DNA of 64,000 nt from an uncultured virus (IMG/VR IMGVR_UViG_3300033075_001711) (Duplodnaviria; Heunggongvirae; Uroviricota; Caudoviricetes): IMG/VR virus record IMGVR_UViG_3300033075_001711. One strand, written 5' to 3'. Every line of letters starts with the position of its first letter. The first letter of the stretch is position 1. Positions 9,693 through 19,666 of the stretch are shown in pieces. Below the pieces are notes generated by a model. It saw only the letters and a program-made list of their open reading frames with translations, ran no database searches and was not told the DNA's origin. The position numbers and the translations under genes were made by a program.

Positions 9693-11603
9693 ATGGAGAA
9701 TCATTACATTACTCCTTGGGGTCCAGTAGGATATATAACATATAAAAGAACTTACGCAAGAAAATTGGACTCTGAGTTAAAAACAGAAGAGTTTGAAAAT
9801 ACAATAGACAGAGTTTTAGATGCGTGTGAAACACAATTACGAGTAGGATTTAGTCAGGAAGAACGAGAAATAGCTAAAGGCTATTTTATGAAGTTAAAAG
9901 CTTCTGTTGCAGGTAGATTTTTATGGCAATTAGGTACTAAAACAGTTGATAAATATGGTTTAATGTCTCTTCAAAATTGTTGTTTTGTTATTGTTGATAA
10001 TCCAATTAAACCATTTACCTGGACTTTTGACTCTCTCATGGTAGGTTGTGGTGTAGGGTTTAATATTCAAAGAGAACATGTTTATCAAATCCCACCTGTA
10101 AAAGGAATTAATACACCAATAAAACGATTAGATACCAAAGATGCAGATTTTATTGTTCCGGATAGTAGAGAAGGTTGGGTTGAATTATTAGAGAGAGTGT
10201 TAAATGCGTATTTCTATACAGGGAAAGGTTTTACTTATTCAACTATATGTATTCGTAAAAAAGGAGAGTTAATAAAAGGGTTTGGTGGAGAAGCTTCAGG
10301 ACCAGAGGAGCTAGTTCAGGGAATAGAAGATATTTGTAAAATATTAAATAAAAGAAGTTTCAAGAAATTAAGACCTATTGATTGTTTAGATCTTATGAAT
10401 ATTTTAGGTTTTATTGTAGTTTCAGGTAATGTTCGTAGATCAGCTTTGATAGCTTTAGGGGATTATGATGATTTTCTATTTTTAAAAGCTAAAAGATGGG
10501 ATTTAGGTAAAATTCCCAATTGGCGTTCGATGTCCAACAATTCTGTTATTTGTAATGATATTAATCATTTACCTGAACAATTTTGGGAATCATATAAGCC
10601 TGGGTGTGGGGAACCTTATGGGTTAATTAATTTAAAATTATTAAGAGAATCAGGAAGATTAAAAGACGGAAATAAATATCCTGATCCTAATGTGAATGGT
10701 GTAAACCCATGTTCAGAACAAGGTCTTAATAATTTAGAGACATGTTGTTTAGGGGAAATTTTTCTACCTAATATAGAATCTAAAAATGAACTTATAGATG
10801 TTTTAAAAATCATCTATAGAATTTGTAAACACTCTTTAACATTACCTTGTCATCATCCTGAAACAGAAGCAATTGTGCATAAAAATATGCGAATGGGTAT
10901 AGGAGTAACAGGATATTTACAAGCAACTTCAGAACAAAAATCTTGGTTGTCAGATTGTTATGAAGAGTTAAGGAAATTTGATGCTGATTACTCAAAACAG
11001 AATAATTTAAATCCAAGTATAAAACTTACAACATGCAAACCAAGCGGAACTTTAAGTTTATTACCAGGAGTCACTCCTGGAATTCATCCAGGATTTAGTC
11101 AATACTTTATTCGTAGAATAAGAGTAGCATCTAATTCTCCTCTTGTAGATTTGTGTATTAAACATGGCTACAAAGTTGAATCTGTGAGAAATTTTGATAA
11201 TACTGAAGATCCTAACACCAAAGTGGTTGAATTTCCTTGTAGTTATCCGAAAGGGACTGTTCTAGCTGGGCAATTAACAGCTATTAAACAATTAGAATAC
11301 GTTCGAGAAATGCAAACAAATTGGAGTGACAATGCAGTATCCGTTACTGTTTATTATAAAAATGAAGAATTAGAGGACATTAAAAATTATTTAAAAAATA
11401 ATTATAATTCTACTATAAAAACAGTTAGTTTTCTTTTATATCAGGATCACGGTTTTGATCAAGCCCCATATGAAGAAATTTCAGAGGAGAAATATTTTGA
11501 GTTAATGGGCAATACTAAACAAATTACATCAGATTGGGAAAATGAGTCTTTTGATATTTATTCTCAACAAGAGTGTGCGGGTGGTGCTTGTCCAATTAGA
11601 TAG
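9693..11603 (+). CDS. nrdJ: class II (adenosylcobalamin-dependent, monomeric RTPR type) ribonucleotide reductase
   Basis: YKRTYAR, AGRFLWQLG, LQNCC, GNVRRSA, NPCSEQ radical motif, KPSGTLSLL, C-terminal ECAGGACPIR; ATG at 9693 preferred. Confidence 0.92.
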   Translation: MENHYITPWGPVGYITYKRTYARKLDSELKTEEFENTIDRVLDACETQLRVGFSQEEREIAKGYFMKLKASVAGRFLWQLGTKTVDKYGLMSLQNCCFVIVDNPIKPFTWTFDSLMVGCGVGFNIQREHVYQIPPVKGINTPIKRLDTKDADFIVPDSREGWVELLERVLNAYFYTGKGFTYSTICIRKKGELIKGFGGEASGPEELVQGIEDICKILNKRSFKKLRPIDCLDLMNILGFIVVSGNVRRSALIALGDYDDFLFLKAKRWDLGKIPNWRSMSNNSVICNDINHLPEQFWESYKPGCGEPYGLINLKLLRESGRLKDGNKYPDPNVNGVNPCSEQGLNNLETCCLGEIFLPNIESKNELIDVLKIIYRICKHSLTLPCHHPETEAIVHKNMRMGIGVTGYLQATSEQKSWLSDCYEELRKFDADYSKQNNLNPSIKLTTCKPSGTLSLLPGVTPGIHPGFSQYFIRRIRVASNSPLVDLCIKHGYKVESVRNFDNTEDPNTKVVEFPCSYPKGTVLAGQLTAIKQLEYVREMQTNWSDNAVSVTVYYKNEELEDIKNYLKNNYNSTIKTVSFLLYQDHGFDQAPYEEISEEKYFELMGNTKQITSDWENESFDIYSQQECAGGACPIR

Positions 11604-11621
11604 ATTTTAGTTAAATAATTT

Positions 11622-11669
11622 CCTCTATTAAATGAGATTGTTTTTTCAGTTTCATTTAATAGAGGTTTT
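11622..11669 (+). terminator. long hairpin after nrdJ
   Basis: cctctattaaatga (11622-11635) / tcatttaatagagg (11652-11665), then tttt. Confidence 0.55.
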
Positions 11670-11688
11670 AAATTTTTTTAGGACATAT

Positions 11689-12009
11689 ATGGGATTTAAA
11701 CATTATCATAAAAATCAGGTTCTAAAACAACAAGCAAAAAATAGTGACAATTTTTCTACCAAGAAACACTATTTAAATACATTTTTAGATTTAAAAACAA
11801 ATTTAGATATGTTAGTTAATTTTATAACAAAATTAACACATTTAGATCAAGATATGTTTAGAGTTTTATTTGAGTCAATTTTAGAATCAGGGTATTCTTA
11901 TATTAGAATAAACTCAAATACAAACACTAATAATTATGATATATTAATGTCAAAATATATAAATCCATATAAAGAAAAAACTTTAGTGTGTTCTTTTGTT
12001 AAAAGGTAA
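11689..12009 (+). CDS. hypothetical protein
   Basis: ATG at 11689 preceded by AGGA; the upstream extension of the ORF track overlaps the hairpin. Confidence 0.55.
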   Translation: MGFKHYHKNQVLKQQAKNSDNFSTKKHYLNTFLDLKTNLDMLVNFITKLTHLDQDMFRVLFESILESGYSYIRINSNTNTNNYDILMSKYINPYKEKTLVCSFVKR

Positions 12010-12014
12010 AAATC

Positions 12015-12236
12015 ATGTTTCAAAAATTTTTAGATAAATTAGATGGGTATAAAACAAAATTAGGAACTTCTATGGTTGCGGTTGGAGTGTTTCTTGAAAC
12101 TGTAGGTGCGTTTGTTCCTGATTTAGGTCCAAATATTGTTACTGTAGGAAAAGCTTTAGAAGGTTTAGGTGCTGCGTTGGTTGCATGGGGTATTGGACAT
12201 AAGATAGATAAAAATACTAAAGCTATTACAGAATAA
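12015..12236 (+). CDS. small membrane protein (holin-like)
   Basis: 73 aa, LDGYKT followed by two hydrophobic helices and a charged tail. Confidence 0.5.
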   Translation: MFQKFLDKLDGYKTKLGTSMVAVGVFLETVGAFVPDLGPNIVTVGKALEGLGAALVAWGIGHKIDKNTKAITE

Positions 12237-12257
12237 GTTATAAAAATAACATTCTTT

Positions 12258-12291
12258 CAAAAAAGATGATCTTAAAAAATCATCTTTTTTG
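12258..12291 (+). terminator. terminator-like hairpin
   Basis: caaaaaagatgat-cttaaaaa-atcatcttttttg. Confidence 0.65.
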
Positions 12292-12351
12292 CTTTATATA
12301 TAGGTGTATATCTAAAGAGGGAATTTTTGAATTAAGGGGAACACGTCACAT

Positions 12352-14535
12352 ATGAAATTAGAGGGTAGGGTACTTAAAATTCAGTATTGTGATCCTAATA
12401 GTGGTTGGACATCATTTGCTTTGATGCCTTTAAGTGGTGATTTAGATTCAGGATCTGAGTATGTTTATATAGAAGACAATACTGTGAAATGTGTAGGAAA
12501 TTTTCCTGGTGTGAATTTAGTTTCAGGATTAGAGTTAGAATTAGAAGGTAGTTATAAAAGACATGAGAAATTTGGGCTTCAATTTGAAACAAAATCTTGG
12601 TTTATTAAGCAATATAGAGATGAGTCTACATTTGTTGCATATATTTCAAGTGTATTAAATTGTTTATCTACAAAACAAGCGAAAAAGATTTATGTTGAAT
12701 TTGGACAGCAATCTTTAGATATTCTTGAAACTTCTCCTGAGAAAATAAAACATCTACTAGATTTAGATGAAAATTTTTATGTTTCGATGCTAACACAATT
12801 AGAAAAAGCAAAGACATATAAAAATTATAAAGAGTATTTTTTACTTGGCGGTTTTGATGAGTTTCAAATTTTAAGAGGTGTTAGAAAATATGGAGTTAAA
12901 AATTTAATTTCAACTTTTAATATAAATCCATATAGAACTGTTACAGATAGAGTATATTCTATAAGTCAAATAGACAGTTTTTGTGATAGAAAAAATATTA
13001 TAAATACAGGTCTTAGGCGTTCTGAAGCTGTTATAGAATCTTTTTTTGATTTAGGTGTACGTAATTCTGGATCTTATTTAGTAAAAAAAGATGATGTTAG
13101 TAAAAAAATAGATCAGTTTTGTGATAATAATAAAATTAGAAGAATTGATAGTTCTGCTATTGAAAAACTTTTACCTGATTTAATTTATAGAAAAATTTTA
13201 AATGAAAAAGAAGGCCATTTTCTACATAAAAATTGGTTTGAGTTAGAAAATAATGTGGTCAGTAATTTAAAAAGAATTTATAATAGTAAAAATTGTTCTT
13301 TAGATTTGTCTGGTTTAGATGAGTTTATAGAACGATTTGAGGTTCAAAATAAAATTGTTTTGACATTGGATCAAAAAGAAGTTTTACGATCCTTAAATGA
13401 AAAAATATTATTGGTTTCTGGTCCAGCAGGCTCAGGTAAAACTACTTTAATTAAAGCTTTATTAGAGTTTTTAAATGAAAATAAATTTACAAATACAGTA
13501 TTAAGCCCAACTGGAAAAGCTACTCAAAGAGTTCAAGAAATAACTAATCAACCTGCTTATACAATTCATAGATATTTAAAGGCAGATATGGATTCTGGTT
13601 GGGGGTATAATTCTGAAAATAACATAGATTTCATTGATTTATTAATTGTGGATGAATCGACTTTTATAGATGCAGAGTTGTCTTTTAATATTTTGTCTGC
13701 ATTAGTTTCAGATATGAGACTTATTTTTATAGGTGATCCTAATCAATTGCCTTCTGTAGGACCTGGTAAATTTTTCAAAGATATGATTGATAGTGAAAAA
13801 TTTAAACATATTAAATTGTCTAAAGTTATTAGACAAAAAGAGTCTTCCGGAATATTAGTAGTTGCAAATAGTATTTTAGATAATGTTCCTTTTGAACATA
13901 ATACGGGAGAACCTCAATTTAGATTTTTTCAATTGGGGAATAATGTAGAAGATATAACTAATGCTATTATAGAAACAGCAAAAAGTTTACACTCTAAAAA
14001 TAAAGATTTTCAAGTTATTTGCCCGCAAAATATAGGTGAGTTAGGAACTATAAAATTTAATTATATGTTACGGGATGTTTTAAATCCCGACACATCAAAA
14101 TATAAATTTGATGTTTTAAACAATAATTTTAGAATAAATGATACTGTTATTATAAATCAGAACAACTATAAATTAGATGTGTATAATGGAGATATAGGGA
14201 CTATATCTCATATAGATTTAAAAGCTAAACAATGTAGGGTTCAGTTAGATTCAAAAGAAGTTACATTTAAATTTAGGGAAGCTGGTGAATATTTATCTTT
14301 AGCTTACGCATTATCTGTACATAAAACACAAGGATCAGAGTTTGATATAGTTTTAATTCCTTGTTGCGATATTAATACAAATATGTTAACAAAGAATTTA
14401 ATTTATACTGCCATAACTAGAGCAAAAAATTATTGTTTTGTATATGGGGATTTTGTTACTTTCGTAAAAGGAAGTGCTAAAATAGGTTCTGATCGTAAAA
14501 ATTTACTTAAAAATTTACTTATTGAGAGTATTTAA
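12352..14535 (+). CDS. recD2: RecD2-like SF1B helicase
   Basis: N-terminal HEKFGLQF OB-like region, GPAGSGKTT, PTGKA, TIHR, VDES, GDPNQLPSVGPG, NGDIG, AYALSVHKTQGSEF, YTAITRAK. Confidence 0.9.
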   Translation: MKLEGRVLKIQYCDPNSGWTSFALMPLSGDLDSGSEYVYIEDNTVKCVGNFPGVNLVSGLELELEGSYKRHEKFGLQFETKSWFIKQYRDESTFVAYISSVLNCLSTKQAKKIYVEFGQQSLDILETSPEKIKHLLDLDENFYVSMLTQLEKAKTYKNYKEYFLLGGFDEFQILRGVRKYGVKNLISTFNINPYRTVTDRVYSISQIDSFCDRKNIINTGLRRSEAVIESFFDLGVRNSGSYLVKKDDVSKKIDQFCDNNKIRRIDSSAIEKLLPDLIYRKILNEKEGHFLHKNWFELENNVVSNLKRIYNSKNCSLDLSGLDEFIERFEVQNKIVLTLDQKEVLRSLNEKILLVSGPAGSGKTTLIKALLEFLNENKFTNTVLSPTGKATQRVQEITNQPAYTIHRYLKADMDSGWGYNSENNIDFIDLLIVDESTFIDAELSFNILSALVSDMRLIFIGDPNQLPSVGPGKFFKDMIDSEKFKHIKLSKVIRQKESSGILVVANSILDNVPFEHNTGEPQFRFFQLGNNVEDITNAIIETAKSLHSKNKDFQVICPQNIGELGTIKFNYMLRDVLNPDTSKYKFDVLNNNFRINDTVIINQNNYKLDVYNGDIGTISHIDLKAKQCRVQLDSKEVTFKFREAGEYLSLAYALSVHKTQGSEFDIVLIPCCDINTNMLTKNLIYTAITRAKNYCFVYGDFVTFVKGSAKIGSDRKNLLKNLLIESI

Positions 14536-14539
14536 ACAT

Positions 14540-15070
14540 ATGGAATTAGATGAAAAAAATATGCTTGACATACAAAAAGCATATGATGATATTTTAAATT
14601 TAACTGTTAAAATGGAACAGCATTTTAAACATTTAGGTTTAGGTTATATTTCTACAAAATTATTTGAGTGTAAAAAATCCATAGATTGTTGTGATGATTA
14701 TTTAACTAAAATAAACATTGAATTAAGTTTTGTTACAACTCAATATAAACTTTCTTTGAAAGAAAAGAAACTCAAAGAAAAGTATTTATGTGTAAACGAG
14801 CCAGAAATTAAAGGTTTGAGTGTAACAAAGAAAAAAGAATATATTCAAGAAAAATTAATGTATTTAGACGAAGAAATACATAAATATGATGTTCGAAAAG
14901 GTGAGTTAGAAGGATTAAAAGAGACTTTATTAGAAAAGAAAAAATCTCTTTTAAGAAATGATGTTCAAATTAGAGAACAAAGTGATATTCTTAAAAAAGA
15001 TATGTTGATGGATGGAAAAATTTTGATTCCTAAATCCACTGATGGGGAATATGAAAATTATAGTTTTTAA
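14540..15070 (+). CDS. coiled-coil protein (possible UvsY-like recombination mediator)
   Basis: All-helical heptad pattern within a recombination cluster; function inferred from context only. Confidence 0.4.
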   Translation: MELDEKNMLDIQKAYDDILNLTVKMEQHFKHLGLGYISTKLFECKKSIDCCDDYLTKINIELSFVTTQYKLSLKEKKLKEKYLCVNEPEIKGLSVTKKKEYIQEKLMYLDEEIHKYDVRKGELEGLKETLLEKKKSLLRNDVQIREQSDILKKDMLMDGKILIPKSTDGEYENYSF

Positions 15071-15239
15071 ATATGTTAAAATGATATTTATAGTGAGTTA
15101 ATATGCGGTATATTAAAGATGTGACGTTAATGTTCAACCCAAACAGAAACCATGTCACACTAAAAATAGTAAATTATAAAAAATACAATGTTCGATGTCA
15201 ATTTTGACTTTAACTTTTTTTATTTGTTAGGTAAATTTT

Positions 15240-15512
15240 ATGTCAAAGAAAGCGTTAGTTTCTACTATTGTTGAAAATGCTGGTGTCACTCAAAAAGTTG
15301 CTGCTGCGGCTTTAAATGCTGTAACAGATGCCCTTAAAAATTTAGTAAATAGTGGTGAGAAGATCACTATTCCTGGATTTGGAACTTTTTCTGCTGGAAC
15401 AAGAGAGGCACGAAAATGTCATAATCCAAAAACAGGTGTAGTAGTTGATGTTCCAACTACTACTAATTTAAGATTCAAAGCTTCCAAAAAACTTAGAAAA
15501 GTTTCTGTTTAA
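15240..15512 (+). CDS. hup: HU family DNA-binding protein
   Basis: MSKKALV..., GEKITIPGFGTF, REARKCHNPKTG, FKASKKLR. Confidence 0.92.
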   Translation: MSKKALVSTIVENAGVTQKVAAAALNAVTDALKNLVNSGEKITIPGFGTFSAGTREARKCHNPKTGVVVDVPTTTNLRFKASKKLRKVSV

Positions 15513-15522
15513 GTATTAATTT

Positions 15523-15846
15523 ATGAGTCTAGAAGAGTCCCAATTAGAGATAGGTTTTAAATTGAAAAAATTAGAGGAATTAACAAAAGAAATTGTTTCC
15601 TCTAAAAAAGTTTCTGTCAGAGGAACAACTGTTAGTATTCGTTTATTTCATAGATGGGCGAATTTAGCTTTTGATATTATGCAAGGGTATGAAATTCAAA
15701 CCCAGAATTTTATGAATTTGTATAATAATTTTGATGGGTCTTATGTTCAATTTTTAGCTTGTCAAGGAATTGTGGACTCTGTTCAAGACACTGTAAATAG
15801 AAATTTTTTGATTAAAAAATACAAACAGCATAAATTTGCGGTTTGA
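15523..15846 (+). CDS. hypothetical protein
   Basis: 107-aa ORF in operon. Confidence 0.6.
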   Translation: MSLEESQLEIGFKLKKLEELTKEIVSSKKVSVRGTTVSIRLFHRWANLAFDIMQGYEIQTQNFMNLYNNFDGSYVQFLACQGIVDSVQDTVNRNFLIKKYKQHKFAV

Positions 15847-15915
15847 TATTTTAAAAGCTTTTAATTTAATTATATTTTAAAACTAAATATTTTAATTTTT
15901 GTTTTTGAGGATCTT

Positions 15916-16593
15916 ATGTCAGTTAATGACCATGATAATATTTCAACACAAGATGATTTTGATGATTATACTTTCGGTGCCAGTTTTGAAGATACAACAC
16001 TCCAGGGTTCTAAACTTGAGTTTTATAAAGGCCAACAGGGTAAGACAGACCGATTAGCAATTCTTCTTACTCAACCAATAGGAGTTAGAATACACTATAT
16101 AAATGGAAATTTTGTGTGTTTGACTAAAGGGAATGGCCCACAACAGTTTTGTTGCGAAAAATTGGGAATGCCTGGACTTAGGTTTGGAACAATTGTAGCG
16201 CAATATTTGACCGACAATTCAGGCAAAGTTTTAGATCCAAATAAATATGTTCTTAAAGCTTGGATGCTTTCTGAATCTAAATTTTTTGATTTACGACTTA
16301 TCAATTCAGAGTATCCATTATCTGAATTAGATTTAAAAGTTACATGTGAAGAGGCTGGATTTCAAAAATTAAAATTTATACCTTGCCGCGATTCACTTAT
16401 TAGGATGCAACCAAATATAGATAGTATTCTCAAACAAGTTAAATTGCTTGAGCCAAAAATCAAAACAAAAATTGCTCAGAAAATTACTTTAGATGAGTAT
16501 AAATCCAAACTAGGTTTGGAAGTAGTTGCTGCAAAAGGCAATCCACCAACCACTAAAGTTAATTTTTCAGACATGAGTGATTTAGATAATTAA
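15916..16593 (+). CDS. putative single-stranded DNA-binding protein
   Basis: His/Cys cluster (IHY..FVC..FCC), beta-rich core, acidic C-terminal tail; upstream of resolvase and RecA. Confidence 0.5.
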   Translation: MSVNDHDNISTQDDFDDYTFGASFEDTTLQGSKLEFYKGQQGKTDRLAILLTQPIGVRIHYINGNFVCLTKGNGPQQFCCEKLGMPGLRFGTIVAQYLTDNSGKVLDPNKYVLKAWMLSESKFFDLRLINSEYPLSELDLKVTCEEAGFQKLKFIPCRDSLIRMQPNIDSILKQVKLLEPKIKTKIAQKITLDEYKSKLGLEVVAAKGNPPTTKVNFSDMSDLDN

Positions 16594-16617
16594 TATTTAA
16601 TTATAATAACTATATCC

Positions 16618-16646
16618 AAGGGGGATCTACTCCCCCTTTATTTTTA
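16618..16646 (+). terminator. rho-independent terminator
   Basis: aaggggga-tctac-tccccctt followed by T-rich run. Confidence 0.7.
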
Positions 16647-16662
16647 TATTTGGTAGATTTAT

Positions 16663-17358
16663 ATGGTTGTATATTTAGGCATTGATCAATCTTTTTCTGG
16701 CACAGGTTTTTATTGTGTGACAGTTGATTCTGATTTAACTCAAACAGTTGAAGAGGGATTAATAGAAACACCTCCAGAATGGCGTGAAGTAGATAGAATT
16801 CATTATATTTTAGAAAATTTAAAGTTTTTGATTGGAAAAGCTACTTTTATAGGTATAGAAGAGCCTGTTTATGGTCAACCTAAAACTCCTATGTTATATG
16901 CTCTTTTTACTGCAATATTGTCTTTATGTAGAAAATATCAAAAAGAAAGAGTTTTTGTTATTTCTAATACCAGAGTTAAAAGTGTTATACAAGAAACAAT
17001 AGTTAAATCTGGTGGAACTAAAGTAAAGGTTACAAAATCTGTAATTGTGAAAGAAGCAAAAAAACTATTAGGTTTATCAGAAAAAACAAAATTAAATGAT
17101 AATATTGCTGATGCCTTTTTTATTTGTAGATGGACTATAAAGCTTTCTTTTTTGTTTAATGAAAAATATCCTCTAGTAAAACAAGAAAATTTATTAGATT
17201 TAGGAATCTCCAAACTAGAGAAATCATATTGTTTATCCAAACAGGTAGTTAAGAAAAATAAAAAAGGAAATATAGTTAAATATAAAGGTATATTACAAAG
17301 ACCAAACGAATATTTTTATGATTTTAGTAAAAAATATGATTTTATTTATGAATTTTAG
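16663..17358 (+). CDS. RuvC-like Holliday junction resolvase
   Basis: YLGIDQSFSGTG, IGIEE, NDNIADA acidic catalytic motifs. Confidence 0.8.
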   Translation: MVVYLGIDQSFSGTGFYCVTVDSDLTQTVEEGLIETPPEWREVDRIHYILENLKFLIGKATFIGIEEPVYGQPKTPMLYALFTAILSLCRKYQKERVFVISNTRVKSVIQETIVKSGGTKVKVTKSVIVKEAKKLLGLSEKTKLNDNIADAFFICRWTIKLSFLFNEKYPLVKQENLLDLGISKLEKSYCLSKQVVKKNKKGNIVKYKGILQRPNEYFYDFSKKYDFIYEF

Positions 17359-17367
17359 AAAGAAATT

Positions 17368-18480
17368 ATGGGATTAAAAGACGTTATAGCAAGTTTAGAA
17401 AAAAGTAAAAAATTAAATGCAAATGCTTTTTATAATGTACACGAACCTTTTGCTGGTGTTATTTCTACATCCTCTATTGTATTAGATCAATTAATCGGTA
17501 TTGGCGGGTATCCAAAAGGTAGAATAACTGAAATAAGTGGTCCAGAAGGTACAGGGAAATCAACTTTAGCTTTAGCTGGATGTTATGAATCAATTAAACA
17601 GGGAGGTCCCGCACTTTATTTAGATTTTGAGTGTGGATTTAATCCTGATTATGCTAAAGCTATAGGGATTAATTTAGAAGATCAAGACAATTTTGTGGTT
17701 GCTCGTCCATCATGTTTAGAAGATGGCTGTAAAATCGCTATGGAGATGATGGATAATGGTGCAAAATTTATAGTTTTTGATTCTGTTGGAAGAATGACTC
17801 CCAGAAAATTACTTGAAGCTGATTTAGATGCTCAGTCTATGGGTCTTCAAGCTCGTGAAATAAATAGAATGTTAAACATTATGATTCCTAAAATACAGGA
17901 GCATGATGTTGTAGCTTTAGTAATTAATCAATTGACATCAGTTATTGAGACAGGTTTTGCAGCTAGATTTTCTCAGGGACCTAAAGAGCAAACTAAAGGT
18001 GGAAAAGCACTTAAGTATTTTGCTTCTTTACGAATAGAAATTAAATCTAAAAAACAGCATAAAGCAGAGATGTTTAATTCTCTAACAGGAGAAAAACAAC
18101 TTACTCCAGTTGCGGTAGATATTTTAGCAAAAATAACTAAAAATAGATTTTCTGAGCCTTTCCGTGAAGGTATGTTCCATTTAGTTTATGGTAAAGGTAT
18201 AGATAATATTAAAACAATTGTGGATCTAGCAATTGTCAATAATTTTATTGAGAAAAAAGGTACCTGGTTAATTGTTCCTTTCTACGATAATTTTAAAGTT
18301 CAAGGGGCTGAAAAACTTGTAACTAAAGCTAGAGAAGACGTTGCTTTTTATAAATCTTTAGAAAATAAAGTGTTTTCAGAAATGCAAATGCAGTTGAAAA
18401 TAGACCCAGGAAAAGTTAAAGTTTATTCCGAAGAAATGGAATTTGATATGTTAGAAGGTGACTCCCTTTATGAAGAGTAA
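17368..18480 (+). CDS. recA: RecA recombinase
   Basis: GIGGYPKGRITEISGPEGTGKST, YLDFE, VFDSV, MGLQAR, INQL, GGKALKYFASLR. Confidence 0.95.
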   Translation: MGLKDVIASLEKSKKLNANAFYNVHEPFAGVISTSSIVLDQLIGIGGYPKGRITEISGPEGTGKSTLALAGCYESIKQGGPALYLDFECGFNPDYAKAIGINLEDQDNFVVARPSCLEDGCKIAMEMMDNGAKFIVFDSVGRMTPRKLLEADLDAQSMGLQAREINRMLNIMIPKIQEHDVVALVINQLTSVIETGFAARFSQGPKEQTKGGKALKYFASLRIEIKSKKQHKAEMFNSLTGEKQLTPVAVDILAKITKNRFSEPFREGMFHLVYGKGIDNIKTIVDLAIVNNFIEKKGTWLIVPFYDNFKVQGAEKLVTKAREDVAFYKSLENKVFSEMQMQLKIDPGKVKVYSEEMEFDMLEGDSLYEE

Positions 18481-18499
18481 GAAAGAGTAATTTTTATTT

Positions 18500-19666
18500 A
18501 TGATTAAAGTTATAATACATAACTTTCAATCCATAAAAGATTTAGAGCTAACAATAGATGGATTTACCACAATATTAGGAGAAACTAATATTGGTAAATC
18601 TTCTATTGTTAGAGCTATTAATTCTATTTTTGATGGGATTAAAGAATATCAATTGCCTCCTGGAGAAAATTATTCTTCTGTTGAAATAATATTTTCAGAT
18701 GGATTGAAAATAAAAAGAGAGCGAGATATAAAAAATAATGTTAATTCTATTCAAATAAATGCAGATCCTACATTAGCAAAATTAAATCGAAAATTACCTG
18801 AAGATTTAAAACAAACTGGATTTTATCCTATTAAAACAAGAACTAAAACTATAAATCCTTTTGTTGAAAAACAAAAAGCCCCTTCTTTCTTATTGAGTGA
18901 GGACGGCACAACTTTAGGTGAAATCATTAGTTCTTTATCTAGGATTAATGATTTTATAAAAGCTTCAGCATTAGTAAGTTCTGATATAAAAACATCTCAA
19001 TTTCAAGTTAAAGATTTTGAAAAAGTAAAAATTTCTTTAGAAGAAAAAGAAAAACATTTTAAAATTTTACCCGAAAATTTAGATGATATAAATAATAAAG
19101 AAAAAGAATTAATTTCTTTGGAAACACAACATAATAATTTACTGGATTTAAATTTAAAACGAAAAGTTTTAACCCAAAAATTAAATATTTTTAGTAAATT
19201 ACCAAATATTATTTTACCAGTTTCTGATATTTCAAAAAAACTGTCTCAATATAAAAAAATTGTTAAACTATCTAAAACACTAAACAATTTAAAAACCAAA
19301 GAAAAAATATTAGATCATAAATTTCAAATCTCTATTCCTACAATAGATAAAAATAAAGCTATAACATTTAAAAAATTAACTTCTCTATATAAAAAATATT
19401 GTAGTTTACAAAAGAAAAATTTAATTTTTGATTTGGTTCCAGATGTTCCTAACAACACTGTTAAAACAAAAATAAATATTTTTAGAAAATTAACAGATTT
19501 GAATAAAATTTTAATTAAATATAAAAATGAGCTGTCTGAAAATAATTCATCTATTTTAATTTTAAATACTCAAATAGATGAATTGGAAATAAAATTATCT
19601 AATATTAAAAAAGAAAATCCAAATTGTCCTATGTGTAATAAATTATGGAAAAATGACTCATGTTGA
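18500..19666 (+). CDS. SbcC/Rad50-like ATPase, N-terminal half (Walker A, coiled coil, Zn hook)
   Basis: NFQSI, GETNIGKSSIVRAI, coiled coil, terminal CPMC; no signature or Walker B. Confidence 0.8.
   Translation: MIKVIIHNFQSIKDLELTIDGFTTILGETNIGKSSIVRAINSIFDGIKEYQLPPGENYSSVEIIFSDGLKIKRERDIKNNVNSIQINADPTLAKLNRKLPEDLKQTGFYPIKTRTKTINPFVEKQKAPSFLLSEDGTTLGEIISSLSRINDFIKASALVSSDIKTSQFQVKDFEKVKISLEEKEKHFKILPENLDDINNKEKELISLETQHNNLLDLNLKRKVLTQKLNIFSKLPNIILPVSDISKKLSQYKKIVKLSKTLNNLKTKEKILDHKFQISIPTIDKNKAITFKKLTSLYKKYCSLQKKNLIFDLVPDVPNNTVKTKINIFRKLTDLNKILIKYKNELSENNSSILILNTQIDELEIKLSNIKKENPNCPMCNKLWKNDSC

Noticed and set aside
15071..15239. ncRNA or tRNA in the gap before HU
   Set aside because: Only a short tgtgac/gtcaca inverted repeat; no cloverleaf or recognisable RNA family.
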